Source: Tubiluchus corallicola
Taxonomy: Eukaryota > Animalia > Priapulida
DNA: 64,000 bases
Direction: 5' to 3'
Assembly (NCBI GenBank): GCA_030141605.1
Contig: JAQGDQ010000030.1
Coordinates: 975,171 to 1,039,170, forward strand
Part shown: positions 11,601 through 24,489 of the stretch, one piece after another
How positions within the stretch are numbered: the first letter of the stretch is position 1
Layout: every line of letters starts with the position of its first letter
Made by a program: the position numbers and the translations under genes
Notes under the pieces: generated by a model
Seen by the model: the letters and a program-made list of their open reading frames with translations, nothing else
Database searches by the model: none
What the model was told of the DNA's origin: nothing

Positions 11601-14600
11601 GTAAAAGTTTATATTATAGCCAGGGTTTAGTGTGACTTTAATTTCTTCAACAGAATTTGTCGTATTATTTTTAGTGGGAGTGGAGATGGGCATTATAGTT
11701 CTGCATTTCAGTCCCAGTTAGTTGGAAATCCCCTCCATAACAGCTCTATGCCAGAGTGTAAGTTTAATGTATATTTTAATGTGTTATTTCTTTAATAATG
11801 ATAAGTATGAATACTTATTATTTATATTAATGGAATTACATCATTGCCTCTTAATATTACCTCTTATGAGCAATTGTATGTTGCAGTCAATATACTGTCA
11901 CTGGCATTTCGTTTGCTATTTTGTAGGGCAAAGGTAAAGATACTTAAATATTTGTAAATATAATTGTATTGAAATACTGAGATGAATGCTACACTGTCGT
12001 AAAATCATCGTAAAAAAGAGTTTATCGTGTGTTTAAAATCTACAGTGGTTTTTATCGCTTTTTTCGTTATGTAACTAGCGACCCTTACCCAATTACAGAA
12101 TTTTCTCAATATATAAAATAAACATAGTACAAAAATGGGTAATTATTAAGACAAATTAAATACACAATGGCACCGCAATGGACTTGAAATGATTCAAATT
12201 TCAACGACTACATTCAAGCATTGAGCAATGACATTATAAACATATTTACAATGTAAACAGCGAGGAGCTTTTAAAAGACAACATGACAGTAACTAGGTTT
12301 GTAAATATAAATTTCAGCTGATGCAAGCTAGATGATTGCAATCACCAATGAGTGACATTCAAAATTGTATTACAGCTTCAATGAAAAATAAATTCTATGC
12401 AAACATGCCATACGATGAAAATAAATCACATGTGATCAATAGGGCCTATACACAAAAGTGTAATCATTGTTGTGCACAATGACCATTGAGAGTTGTTGTT
12501 CGAATGTAAAGTAGTGAATCAAACTGAAGCAACACACACTTCTATAACAGGTACATTCAAGTACCCCTGTAAACTGCCATGTGTACCCTTATGGATTTGT
12601 GAACCTCGGGTTGTTACAATAAAGCAAAACTTTGGGACTTACATGGTGTGCAAAACTGCAAATGCTGGCATCTTTATCAGACACTGAAATGTGGAAAGCT
12701 GTAAAAGTGTTTTGTTATAGGTTCAATGTTACTTTTGTTAAAATCTCTAGTGTTTCTGTCATCAGTGTTTAATTACGTAAACTTTGCACCATCAATATTT
12801 TTTGTAATTTGTTTTCCTATTTTAGTTGTAGCCTATGGTGCTGTAGTGACAATAAAGAATCATCGAGTTAGTGGAGCATATCTGCATTCGCACTGGCAAT
12901 TGTATCCTGCTGCTGTTGGAGCACCTCAAGGCCAGGCAAGAAATATTTACTTGTTTTTTTAAAAAAAAGTGATGGTCATGTGAGATAAGATCATGCTGTT
13001 ATGTTTGGTACTCTGTGGTAGTATTAGTAATGAGTAATGAGTAGGCAATATTTAGTACATGCAGAGTATAAAAAATGCTAGAACATATCGTACTTTTCCT
13101 CGCATAAAGTATGGAATTTATCAGAATGCCAAAAAAACATATGAAGTGTAACAAAATTAATTTCATATTATTAAGTAATAAAAATCTGAGTTCACCAGTG
13201 CGAATCATTAATAAATATAAGTTTTAAATGTGTGTATAATAGCACAGTATTAATACAATATGAACTATTAAGAAAAATGAGACCAATGAAATTCTATGAT
13301 AACATGTCACCTGTCTTGTCTATGTTTCTGGTTTCTGATTCACATATTACTTAAACAGATGTGGTTCAAATAGGTGAAAGAATAGCTGTTCCATTCATTG
13401 TCATTGTAAATGAGCATCTGACCTTCTTTTAGTCTACTTTTTTACGTTAGTTAATGTTACATGCATTTGCTTTGCAATGTTTTTTTATTAAAAGTCTTGT
13501 TTTTAATAATTTTACAGTAAATATTAGCCTTGCAACATTTTGGACACACACTCTAACAACTTTCAAGCATTAAACGATTAAAGCTTAACATTCTAAAAGC
13601 AGCATTAAGTTCTAGAATGCTCTTTTATTGAATGTTAAACTTTAATCTTTAGTTGCCTGCAAATGGCCACAGTATTGTCCTCGTAACAAGCATCATTTTC
13701 AATTCATTTTTTATGCAGCCAAAAACAACCATGCTGCATTAAATAAGTAGCATTTCTGACAAGTCAATTGAAAAATTACTCATTTCACTCTCTGAATCCT
13801 ATTGATTCTTAGGATCTAGGTTCTATCTTATTAACAGTTTTGTTCCTGTAGGTGACTGGCTATTCATATAAAGATATTAACAATGAATGGATATTTTTAG
13901 AAGTCAACAAAAATCTGCCAAATGAATCAGAGCCTGTTAAGCTAGTCCGAAATGGAGACTTGATTTGCCTGTGCCACAAAGAGTAAGCTTTAAATTATAA
14001 ATCTTTCATCTGTAAGTCTGAATATTGGTGGCACTGCTGCATTGTAGCACTGATGCAAAATTCAAAATTGAAAATTATTTGCTGGACCTTTTTTAGTTCT
14101 AATTTTGATAAAGATACAACTGTAGTAGTCCTGTTAGTTGTTCTTCTAATAACCTCACCTGCTATAAATTAATTCTAATGAGCCTTTACATTTAAATTTC
14201 TTTGCCTTTGAGATTCTTTACCTTAAAATTATTTTTTGCTGTTACAAATTGTATTCTTATTGTACTTATTATAGCTAGAATCTCAGTGGTGAAAAGTCAA
14301 GTTTTCTTTGCATCTGTATTCATTTTCTTATGTTCAGACAGGAATTTTTTACCTTGAGTCAGTTGAGTTGCCACTGGCTTTGTTAGAAGTGATCTGTTTA
14401 AAAAAACTGTTATTCTGTGATTTGTCATGAATTTTACTTTACAGTCTGAATTAGTAAATGACAAGTACGTAAATTCATCTTTAATTCTTCTCGTCTTTTG
14501 TTTCAAATTGTGATAGTTCCAAGGCAATCAAAGCTGTGTCCAACTTTTTCCAAATCTGGTTCAAAATCTGCACTAAAAGAAACTAAACACCGATTGCTCA

Positions 14601-17600
14601 TTTCAAAAACAAAAGCTTTAAAAGTAAATTTTCTATCACAGTTTCCTCGGTAAGTTCTGAGTATGCAGTAGTACTAATTTCACATTACTTGTGCTGTTCA
14701 GCGAGGTAATATGTGTATTTATAAAAAATCATGTATTTCAGGACAAAAAGAAACTTGCACAGTCATCGTGTTGCTGCTCCAGTCACAAGGCGACATTTTC
14801 AAGTTACAACCTATGCAACGGTTAGTTGAATGTACATGCTAATTTGGCATGCGCATGTTTCTTAAGCTGAAATAAAAGCTCCTTACTGTGTTACGTAGAA
14901 CCAGCAAGAAATGGACCAAGTCAGTTTCGTGTGCTGTCCTGTTTATTGGATGGTCAGGCTACAACTTAGAAAATATACTTTTTATGCTAACACAATGTTT
15001 AAAAAATCCAACAGAATTATCGTTATTTCACTGACATTCTAGTATATGTAAGCAGAAATATCTTTTCCAAGTTTATTTAGCATCTTACTAAAGCTTTTAT
15101 TTGATTTTTGTTAACATAACCCCATTTAGGGTATGATACCGTGATCTTATCGAGATGCATGTAAATGCTATTATCAGATAATTATCAGAAGCAAAAGGAT
15201 ATGTTTTTTTACTGCATGCCATGTTTACAGTTCAACTTGGGTTATTCTGTATGAACCAGTGACCTGCGTGAATAAAATATTAAGTTGTTTCCCTTATCAA
15301 ATGAACTGGTACTTGATTCCATCTGTGAAAATGATCACTACACTAGAGAAGCGTGAAACTGTACATCTTTGTTGCAAAAAATGCAAAGTACCCAATAAAA
15401 ATGATATTTCTTTAATATTCTGTCATCGTACGTTTGTTTATGCCATTGTTTCTGATCGAAAAGCACCCTCTCATGTGTGAAACATTCGCATTGATATGGA
15501 CTGCATTTAGTTTATAGGCTTTTAAATACTTTAGCATAGTGTTTATTCTGGAAATAGTTCTACTACATTTTTTCTGCTTATAGATGTAATGGTATGGATG
15601 GTGTTATAACTTGCTGGAAAAGATACATGTAATAATATGGATAATATTATAATTTGCCAGAAAGGGTATACATACTGTGCATGATGAGCAGTTGACTGAG
15701 GGATCACATTAGTCTGAAAGAGCAAATTATTTTCGCTTAGATGACTGTCCTCAATCTGTGCTACTTTTGCAAATTTTTGGGATAATCTGATGAGATTTAG
15801 TAAAAAGTCCACTGAGGAACTAATAATACACAATAATTATTATTATATTATGTACATAATACATGTCATCTTGAAATATGTGTTTTCTTGTTAACCTCTT
15901 CATGTATATTCAGGATCAAGGAGGGGATGCCAATGATTACTGGCGAATTGACATCCCCAATGAACAGAAAGGAGTTCCCTTGAGGTCTGTCCGTGCTGCA
16001 TTTCGTCTGATACATGCTAACGTTGGATGTGCATTACATTCTCACTCAAAAAAGTATCCTAAATGGTATGTGGTCAGTGATATGTTTATGACATGCACCT
16101 GCTTATCTGTGAACCTGCCAACCAGTTTATGTAGAAAAGGGTGTGAAGTATAAAACTGCCTTAATTTTTTATAAATGTATGGTTCCTAGTGTACTATTAA
16201 TTGTATTAGACTACTAATTACAGTGGCACTTAACACTAATAGTGCAACTGAAGTATGTTATATTGATAGTGAAGGGAACCAGATATTTTGTAGCCTTGAA
16301 ATTGTAGAATGTTTGATAACTTAAATTTGGTACATGTGTACTTGTGAAAAACTGAAAATGCATATGACAAATATCTGATGTGTGTGAGCACTTCATTTTG
16401 TTTGCACTTTTAGATGATTCGAATTTATTTTTGCTTAATAAAATCCATGTTACTACAATGGAATATTAGATTTCTTCTTGATGGAATGCATTTATCAATG
16501 TCTTTATGCACTACAAACTTGCCAATTTGGTTGGCCAATGGATAACTAAATTACTGAAATCAGGATGCCTGGTAATTATTCAGAAGAGCTTTGAAATTCT
16601 CATATGCTACACTGTCTCTGTGATCGTCAGCACATTTCTTTGTTTCATCAACTGAGCTGCCAGATGAGTAGCACTATGAAAAATGTAGTGAAATCAGGCA
16701 ATCACAAATTCACAATACAATACATCAGGAGTCTTACTGTTATTTATCCAATGAACTACGCACTTTAGTTATTTGGCGAGTGCATATTTGTACTTTATTT
16801 TAGGGTAACTGAAACAACATATTCAGAAAATTATTTTGTTATCCAAGACAAGCAAAGCAGCCATAATTGGAAGAACAGCATTTGATGCCAGGCTAAAGTG
16901 TACAATTCCCCACACACAAGCAGAGTAGTGGTAGGGTTACGGTTGGGTTAGGAGTGGGTTAGGCTTATGTTAGGGTATTTAAATTGTGTGGCAAATTGTA
17001 AACTCGTATTCGATGATACTAGCATCATGATAACAAAATTTTTAGATTGGTGTAACTTGAAAATTGATCTTCAAAATGTTTCAAGTAAGAAGAGAGTCAG
17101 TTATTTTAAAGAGTTGCTATATTAATTTTTTGAATGTTGCAACTCCTGGCTTTGAACAAATTCAGAGTATTATAATTTCTATATTTACAGGGGATTTGAG
17201 CAGCTTGAAGTCACGTGTAATCCTAGTAAAGTACAAACACAAAACATGATGTGGAATGTGGAGCAAAACATCTTTCCTAAGTGTACAATGTTTTTGCTTT
17301 TAGACTGTTTTTATATTCAGTTGTAGTAGTTAAAATTGATTTGCATTGCTTGCACCTATTTCTGTCATTTGCCTAGCATTTTTCACTGTTCTTTTTTGTA
17401 TGACTGTGTACTTTTCGGAGCAGTAAACTGTTTACTAGATCTTGTACCATAAACATTTTTTAGCCATGTACCGGGTCTGGTAATTTTAATCGATCGGCAT
17501 CAGACTCGGATCTGGCAAAAAATGTTTGTCACATTTTGCACTGTTTGTATTTTTCTTTTTCTGTGCATAAAACTAACGATTGTGTACTGATTGTGAAAAA

Positions 17601-20600
17601 AGTAGAGCGGGTAGGAAAAAATATACAAAACAGTTTCATTACCTGAATAGTCTTAATTTTTTTAAAGAATTTGAAGGATATTTTGAAAATCCTTAGAAAT
17701 TTACGAAAGTATCACTTAAAATTTATGCCATGATGCTTGTAGCGCAAGCGATATTAGTAATCATCATGTGGTTCTCTACAGCAAAGAATGCACAAGGATA
17801 GCCTTATTGCCGCAAAAATGCTAGCCAAATATTTAGAACTGCTTACTTCCAGTAAAAGCATAGTTTAGTGTGTTTTTTTACTTCACACGAAGGGCTGATT
17901 AAGTGTTCATAATTACATTACATCAATGTTTGCAGTGTTTCTAGTTAATATTACTCAGTGATCCTAAAAATGGAGAGGCAGTGCCACCACATGAACCAAA
18001 ACCTAAACAAATGAAATACTGTTTACATTGTAGATCCGGAATTGGACTTTATCGCATATCGTCTATATTTAGTTTTTTCATAACTAACAAATAAGAAAAG
18101 TATGTTTAAAATAGCATGCTGCCGGATGTGCATAATGGTCTAACAAATTTGACTCGACTGTCAACTGAAGGCTACTACATTTTCTCAGATCTGTACAGTT
18201 TTCGTCTTCATTCTTCAGTTAGAAGTTTAATTCTAATTTCCGTGAAAAATATTTATAATAATCTCAGCATCGTGATTGTGTTTTGAAAGTAAAAAAAAAA
18301 CAAATTTGCCAAAAATGAGGTTGAAGAGAGAAAGAGAATATCACGTTAGATGAAGTTTGAAAATGCATTTCCTCTTAAGAGAAACAGTTAAGGGCAGTTT
18401 GCGAATATAGCGGAAGTCACATTAACTATTTTTTAATGAAGTTTGATAAAAATCTAATTTTACTAATGTGACAAAACTATATCATCTAGGGCTTCAAATC
18501 TTCCAGCAGTGGAAAACTATATTCTTTGTATTCTTAGCTCTATTCGTTTCAAGTTTTTTTGGAAACTTTTTTTTAAGGGTAATCCGATATATTTTGCATT
18601 GGGCAAAACATCGACAGCCTACCAACATATGTTTTATTGACATAGTTTTGCATTTTATTTAGTGCCAAACATTAGTCTCACTGTTCATAGTCCAAGTTTC
18701 TTGGAAAAGATTGTGGAATCTCACGCAGTGATGCATCAATCAAATGCAGAGCTGAAACCACCAGTTCTTGAAGCATCAACTTCATCAAGACCTTGGATGT
18801 GGCCGCTAAGTTATGGGGAGGTGAGTGCAACTTAATATGTACTCTAGATACCTCTAACTATCTATTTTTTATACTCTAGATGCACTGCTACATAAAATAC
18901 ATAGACTAGATTATATTTTATGGTTCTCTTCTGTTTGAAGGTGCTAAACTACTAATTTGCAAAAGTCTTGAGCTTGAATAACTGATAGTTTTGAAGTTCT
19001 GTATTTATTTCCCTGCTATGCGTTTTGTTCACGCAGCAGTTCTTGTCATGTAATCTTAGAAAACTGCATTTTTGACGTAACATCCAATACAATCTGTTGT
19101 TGGTAGTTCATATATATATATTTTACGTATATTTTAGGGAACAATATTTTCAACCAAGTCACCAAAGATCATATTAATAGGCAACTATCTTATCTGGTGG
19201 ACTGGACTTAGCCTTGTTTTTGCATTTCCATTTATCTATGCTGTTGAACGTATTAGAGAAGTCAGAGGGTATACTGATGTAAGCGAAGTTCAAGGTTTGT
19301 AGCTATGATTTTACACAAGTTGCCCGATGTTATTTTAGGAAGTTTTTTAAGTTGATATTTTCACATGAAATAGGCTACTAACTTTCACAAGTCATGCAGA
19401 ATTTTATGGCAATCAAAAAGGTATTGTGTGAATCTTCTTGCAATGACAAAACATAAATATCATTCAGTTTTCCAACTTCAAAAAATAAATAGGTAATAAA
19501 TATAACTAATCAGCAAATTTTTGATTCAGATATACAGCAGCAAAGTTTAGCTTTTCTTATTATCAATAGTGAAACAACAATATTATTTTGTTTTGGTCTT
19601 TGACTTCATCATTAAACATCCTTGCTACATTTTGTGGAAGGTAACAAATATTTCAAGTGTCATTTTCATCTTGTTTTTTATTGAAACAACATGTAAGCCA
19701 CTTTGTGAACCTGAGGAAATAGCTGTCTTTCTGTTAAATATATGTCAAGTAGTCCCGAATCGGGACTGATATCTGTTTCATATGCACATATAGAAGGCTT
19801 CGTTGAAAACCAGCGTTGAGTGTTACTATAGAGTGCCCCAAGAGAGTAGACTTTTCACTTGAATTTGCTAATTCTTATTGTTTTTGTCAATAATTTTGTC
19901 TACAAAACTTAAAGCAATTAAATTTTAGTCACATTTTGTTGCTAGAATAGATTGGGGTCTTTTGTGTTTCAAAATTATAGGTAAGTAGATGTACTCACAC
20001 TCAGAGTGCTAACAAAGTGATTCAGTACTTAGGTACATTAATGTGTGATCAGTAATTTCTGCACAAGAAAATGAAATAATAAGTAAATTTGTACTTATTT
20101 ACTTTCAGTGAATTTGTGGGAAATCTTAGAAAAGTGTAGTTGTTGAAGTATTTTGTTATAAGTTATTTTTAAGCTGGATTGCTTGCAGAGAAAAAGAAGT
20201 TAACATATCCAGCCTGTTGGTGGCTGCTTCTTGGCTGGTGGTTGAACTATGCTCCATTTTGGACAATGTCACGGATCTTGTATTATCACCATTACTTGCC
20301 TGCTTTTCAGTTTGAATTAATGTTTACAGGTAAAATAGTAATGTTTATAAAAGTAAAGTTGTTGTCGTTTCATGGCGTACTTTTTTCATATTGGTTTGTA
20401 CAAAAATGCAATACAATACGATGTAATTGGAGCCTAAAAGTCATGATTTTTTATGAATCTAAATGTTGAATAACCTTTGCAATTTTGCGGTGATTCACAT
20501 ATAACGTTTATCAAGTTTAGGGTAGGTAGGTGGTTGAGCTGTGCTAACGCCATTATAATGCAAGGTAGCTAGGTCCTTGAAATCGCCTGAAAACTTGGTA

Positions 20601-23220
20601 TCATTATATACGTGGATGGTCCCTTACTGAGCAAATTAGTCTGACAAAAAGCGCTTTAATGGAGTGCATTAAACTTAAACGGTGATTTTTCGCCGACCAA
20701 CGAGATTCTACACATGAGCAACCATTACTGTGCTACGCGTGTGGTTGATATGCATTCGGTAGCCACTAAGATGGGCTAGTTTTTTTATTAGCATAAAAGT
20801 AGTCTTCGACTGAATAGTGGTTGCTATGTATTTATCTCAATATATAATAATAGTAATACTTTCAAGTAAAATACTTTCAATGGCACTGTACAGTAAAAAA
20901 TCATGATTACAATTATGCACGTGACAAAATATAATACAAATGAAATTTATTTGTACATAATTACATATAATATAAAATAATATGTAAGTAATACAATGAA
21001 TGTTAAGCACATTTACCGATTTTCTTAAGAAATTTCTAACTTAAGTATTGATGAGGTGTCATACAAGGTCCATATATATATATATATATATAATAAACAT
21101 ATCCCAGAGTGAAAAGGAATGGCCAGTTTAGCATTGAGTTTAGTGTGAAATCAAGACTTTGTATTCTTAGTTTTAAATTTTATTGTAGGCAACAGTAAAG
21201 GTGCTTAATCTTTTGAATTTATATACCTGTGTTTTGCTATCTTTCTTTTAATTGTTAAATAACCGTTTGTTTTCAACTAAATGTAGTTGCAAGAAAGAGC
21301 AAGTGTTTATCCTGTAAAAACAAGTTATTTTTGCTTTCTCGAGATACATTACGCCCCTAAATTTGTTGACATTCACGAAAAGCAACAGGTTGGTGAATTT
21401 CAAATTTCTCAGAGAAGCTGAAACAAGTGATTTTTTTCAAAATTGTTGGTACAGCGGAGTAATTATGTTATTGTTTAGCATTTTAGATCGCTTAATAATT
21501 TTTCTTATAAGGTTTACTTACATTATACTGAACTGTTTTTTCTTTCAGCTGTCTTCCTAGATTATCTTTTATTTCGCTTGAATATCAGGCTACAGAAATC
21601 CACATGTTTTGGAGCTACCGGGCTTTATCATTTCATTGTGGGCTGTATGGTGGCTGCTGTTGCATATAGGTAAAAGTGATCATTTTCAGCATTGTTTTAC
21701 ATAAAACTAAATGTTTAAACTGACATCCATTTCAGTTTCAGATTCATTTTATAACCACCAAAATAAAAATTTTATTTGCTGCAATCAGATCGTGAAATGT
21801 AAATTCAAATTTAACCATGGCAGGTATCACATTTTACAGTTTTATAGCGTTAACCATGGCAGACATCATTTTTTTATAATTTGATGACATCTGTCAGTTT
21901 GATCCTAAGAGTCCAGGGTGAATAAAATTTTAATTTGGTGAGTATAGTTCATTGTTCTTGAAGAAGCAAAAAGTGATTATTATAAACCACCCTGTAGAAT
22001 CAAGATTCATTCTTTTTTTGACTGTTTATGTAAAGCTTTGTAGCTTTATGACCTTGTTTTAACCAGCAGTCTATCATCCATTTCATTTTAGTTCTGTTAA
22101 CTGTTTACTCAGTTAACTGTTTAGTTGTGATTACTTAGTTATTTTAAAACAACATTATTAAATTTTATTGACTTATCATTGCCACATTTTGAATTTTCTA
22201 AACTTCGGTTTAACATTCCATTTTGTTACTTGTGACATATGGCAAACACACTATAGTCTTAAAAACATTTCATACATGTTATAGTTTCCTTCATTCTCTT
22301 TGTCAAACCGAGGTTCCTAGCAGGCTAGCTAGTGGTATCATTTGTATTTAGTATTTTCACAACTAAGCTATTTATATTTTTACCTAATGATGCTATAAAA
22401 AAAGATTATTACTGCAACTTATATAGGGAGGTTAGGAGTCATCTACGTAAACATAATGATATCACGTTTTCGGCCGATTTCGAGGACCTCTCTGCTTTGC
22501 CTTATAATGGCATTATCGTATGCCCCACCACTTACCTACCTTTATGTTGATATTGACATCACACCGAGGTAGCTTTTGCTACATTTTATTCTTGCATCTC
22601 CTGAAGACAGGCAACAACATCACTTGTGTTAATTAACAGGAAACTATCAGTAGATTTTACTGGCATAGGCGTTGGGGGCGGTAGCAGTCCCAGTTCATTG
22701 AACTCATTCTCGTCGACCCATTCTGTAGATTCCTCATCTTTTTGACCAATTACAACCAGTCATTTCTTGTTCCGCGGCACTGCCAGACTTACTGGATGAG
22801 TTGGTTGGTCGTTTAATTGCAACGCCACAGGTGGCTCAATCTGCTACTGTTGACATTAATTACAACTCTATAGGGGTGTCTTCATGGATTTTTGAGATGC
22901 TTGATAAACGTTGCAAATCCTGCAGGTTTTCCTGCTGATTTCTCTCTCCTTAAGAATGATAACGATATCATCACTAAATCACCTAAATACCTTGCATTAC
23001 AATGGCATTATCATGCCCCCTGGAAACCTACCTAAACTTGATATTGTTATAATGTGGATGGCCCCTTATATTCATTACAGTAAAGTCTCATTCATTTTAA
23101 TGTTTCAGCTTTTATCTGTTTGCTCCATTGACCTACGGCCTGCCTGATGAAATGTTGATTAATGCAACTGGTGGAATGGCAGTACTAGAAGGATTTCACT
23201 GGTTACCCACTTGGCTTTGA
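5511..23220 (+). CDS. POMT2: Protein O-mannosyltransferase 2, 18 coding exons, about 718 aa; join(5511..5656,6068..6257,7691..7799,8442..8550,9182..9247,10049..10142,10622..10728,11675..11757,12826..12935,13852..13982,14742..14820,15914..16065,17191..17282,18663..18820,19138..19294,20189..20329,21549..21669,23109..23220)
   Basis: All exon phases join into one 2157-nt frame. It has the POMT2-type catalytic loop CWDETHFGK, then [26 protein letters not shown]-domain motifs (YLHSH, NLHSH, LHSH), [16 protein letters not shown] and a C-terminal [10 protein letters not shown]...HWLPTWL. Confidence 0.95.
6068..6257 (+). CDS. POMT2: POMT2 exon 2
   Basis: [32 protein letters not shown]...PYIEMRL; ttttcag / gtgagt. 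Confidence 0.95.
7352..7505 (+). mobile_element. tRNA-derived SINE
   Basis: A-box-like tgcagctcaacgg, B-box-like gggttccatttccc (7402-7415), body ataccaaacacttaaaatggtaccactgg, (taa)n tail. Confidence 0.6.
7691..7799 (+). CDS. POMT2: POMT2 exon 3
   Basis: [36 protein letters not shown]; tttcag / gtagac. Confidence 0.92.
8442..8550 (+). CDS. POMT2: POMT2 exon 4
   Basis: [36 protein letters not shown]; tttcag / gtaagc. Confidence 0.93.
9182..9247 (+). CDS. POMT2: POMT2 exon 5
   Basis: [23 protein letters not shown]; tttcag / gtaagt. Confidence 0.92.
9350..9690 (-). mobile_element. Degenerate Penelope-like GIY-YIG endonuclease remnant
   Basis: Minus-strand translation with frameshifts: CQC..YIGNMT...RAKH...THI...EC......FRFLA...EACLLIY*PAWHSQK, in the order expected for a PLE endonuclease; pattern recognition only. 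Confidence 0.4.
10049..10142 (+). CDS. POMT2: POMT2 exon 6
   Basis: [31 protein letters not shown]; atacag / gtaagt. Confidence 0.93.
10622..10728 (+). CDS. POMT2: POMT2 exon 7
   Basis: [35 protein letters not shown]; ttgcag / gtactg. Confidence 0.93.
11675..11757 (+). CDS. POMT2: POMT2 exon 8
   Basis: [28 protein letters not shown]; ttttag / gtaagt. Confidence 0.93.
12826..12935 (+). CDS. POMT2: POMT2 exon 9 (MIR region), followed by a GC donor
   Basis: [37 protein letters not shown]; ttttag / gcaaga. Confidence 0.88.
13852..13982 (+). CDS. POMT2: POMT2 exon 10
   Basis: [44 protein letters not shown]; ctgtag / gtaagc. Confidence 0.92.
14742..14820 (+). CDS. POMT2: POMT2 exon 11
   Basis: [26 protein letters not shown]; tttcag / gttagt. 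Confidence 0.92.
15914..16065 (+). CDS. POMT2: POMT2 exon 12
   Basis: [51 protein letters not shown]; attcag / gtatgt. Confidence 0.93.
16898..17023. mobile_element. Second, inverted copy of the telomere-repeat-containing element at 2727-2847
   Basis: gtgtacaattccccacacac ... ttagggtatttaaattgtgtggcaaattgtaaac matches the reverse complement of 2742-2844; degenerate (ttaggg)n inside. Confidence 0.65.
17191..17282 (+). CDS. POMT2: POMT2 exon 13
   Basis: [30 protein letters not shown]; ttacag / gtacaa. Confidence 0.9.
18663..18820 (+). CDS. POMT2: POMT2 exon 14
   Basis: [53 protein letters not shown]; atttag / gtgagt. Confidence 0.92.
19138..19294 (+). CDS. POMT2: POMT2 exon 15
   Basis: [52 protein letters not shown]; ttttag / gtttgt (phase 1 required by the next exon). 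Confidence 0.85.
20189..20329 (+). CDS. POMT2: POMT2 exon 16
   Basis: [47 protein letters not shown]; ttgcag / gtaaaa; a second in-frame acceptor would start the exon at 20174. Confidence 0.88.
20489..20626 (-). mobile_element. PIF/Harbinger-type (Tourist-like) MITE
   Basis: End reads gtggatggtccc followed by TTA; the body is the reverse complement of the copies at 22432 and 22951. Confidence 0.65.
21549..21669 (+). CDS. POMT2: POMT2 exon 17
   Basis: [41 protein letters not shown]; tttcag / gtaaaa. Confidence 0.88.
22432..22572 (+). mobile_element. Harbinger-type MITE, same family
   Basis: ttaggagtcatctacgtaaacataatgatatc...gccttataatggcattatc...acctacct shared with the other two copies. 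Confidence 0.6.
22951..23068 (+). mobile_element. Harbinger-type MITE, same family, about 40 bp upstream of the last POMT2 exon
   Basis: taccttgcattacaatggcattatc...acctacctaaacttgata...gtggatggcccc followed by TTA. Confidence 0.62.
23109..23220 (+). CDS. POMT2: POMT2 terminal coding exon 18
   Basis: [36 protein letters not shown] then TGA at 23218-23220. Confidence 0.92.
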
Positions 23221-24489
23221 CCATGTTGGAATGTGTGCTCATGCTCTACTGTGTAAAACAGTTCAGAAGGAAAGCACAGTGCAGCTTTCATTAACTCTTG
23301 CCTACGATGTTACCCTCTGTGAGATGCACTACTTATTGTATGCATACTCTGTATGCAAACGAGTTAGTGCCAGTAGTTAGTAAATGTTTTCATAGTATAA
23401 AGCCTGGGAGAGTGGGTGTAACTAAACAGTCATCATTGATCTTGGCAATGGTTGTATAGTCGTAATGATTAGCTTTGGTAATGACAGATTGTGACGTCTG
23501 TGTTCTAACAGCTGAAAAATAGTGGAATAGCGGGGCAAATCATAAAGGCTTTGTTTCCTGACTAAAGTTTTTTCCCAAATGACTAAATACTAGGTTTTAG
23601 TTATTTTAAAATAAATATTTTTACTGTAAAATAGATATTCCTAAATAAGCTTTTGCAATATTTTTCATAATGACTCTGTAGCATAAAGCAACAGGCATGA
23701 ACAATGATATGAGATACCAGAAGATCTATTGGTTAACAGCTGCGGAACAGAAAACAGTGTAACTGCTAATGAATCAGACACAAATTGGAGATGATTTGAT
23801 AACTATGAGCCATGTTTAAGACATCAATCTTACTAGGTTATTGTGATCATGGGTTTCTTATGTTTTTTATTTGCTGGCATTTTTCACAAAGTTGGTAACA
23901 TGGTTTCCTGGTTATAAACTGTCTGTTATCTTAGTGTCAGAATTTGCACTCTCTTCATCTTATCCAGCATTATCAGGTGCTCCTTTGAAAAGTGTGATTT
24001 TCTCTCAGGTTTATTGCTAAATTTTTCTTTTGTTTAGTTTAACTGGTAATTCTGGTTCATTACTTAATTAAATCTTGCCCTGTACACTTAGTTTATTCAT
24101 CTACTAACACCCTTTTTGCAATACTAAACATTTTAATAACTTTTCAATACTATTATTTTTTACATAGTAGAGAATATTTGTTTATGTAAACTCTATTATT
24201 CTATTATTTGACTTCTATCACGTTTAACTTCCATTTGATAACTTGCCTTATTATGATGTCACTTCCACGTTCATTGACACAGTTCAGTCTGCTTCCACTT
24301 AATCCCTCTGCCCCATGTAAGAATTTCCATCTTTCATCTCTTGACATTTTTTTCTCTCTTTTTGCTATATATTTTCTAATTCATTTTTTCACTCTCTAAC
24401 CCAACTAGACCTCATCCGTTTCAACTTTTATAATGTATTCTTTGTTTCAAGTTTTTATAATGTAGTCTTTGTTTCATTGGTTGTACCAC

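Noticed and set aside
19279-19284. GTAAGC as the donor of POMT2 exon 15
   Set aside because: It is phase 0, while the next exon needs phase 1; the donor at 19295 fits
5511-23220. POMT1 identity
   Set aside because: CWDETHFGK, the VKFVGLF motif and the C-terminal W..TW pattern are POMT2-type
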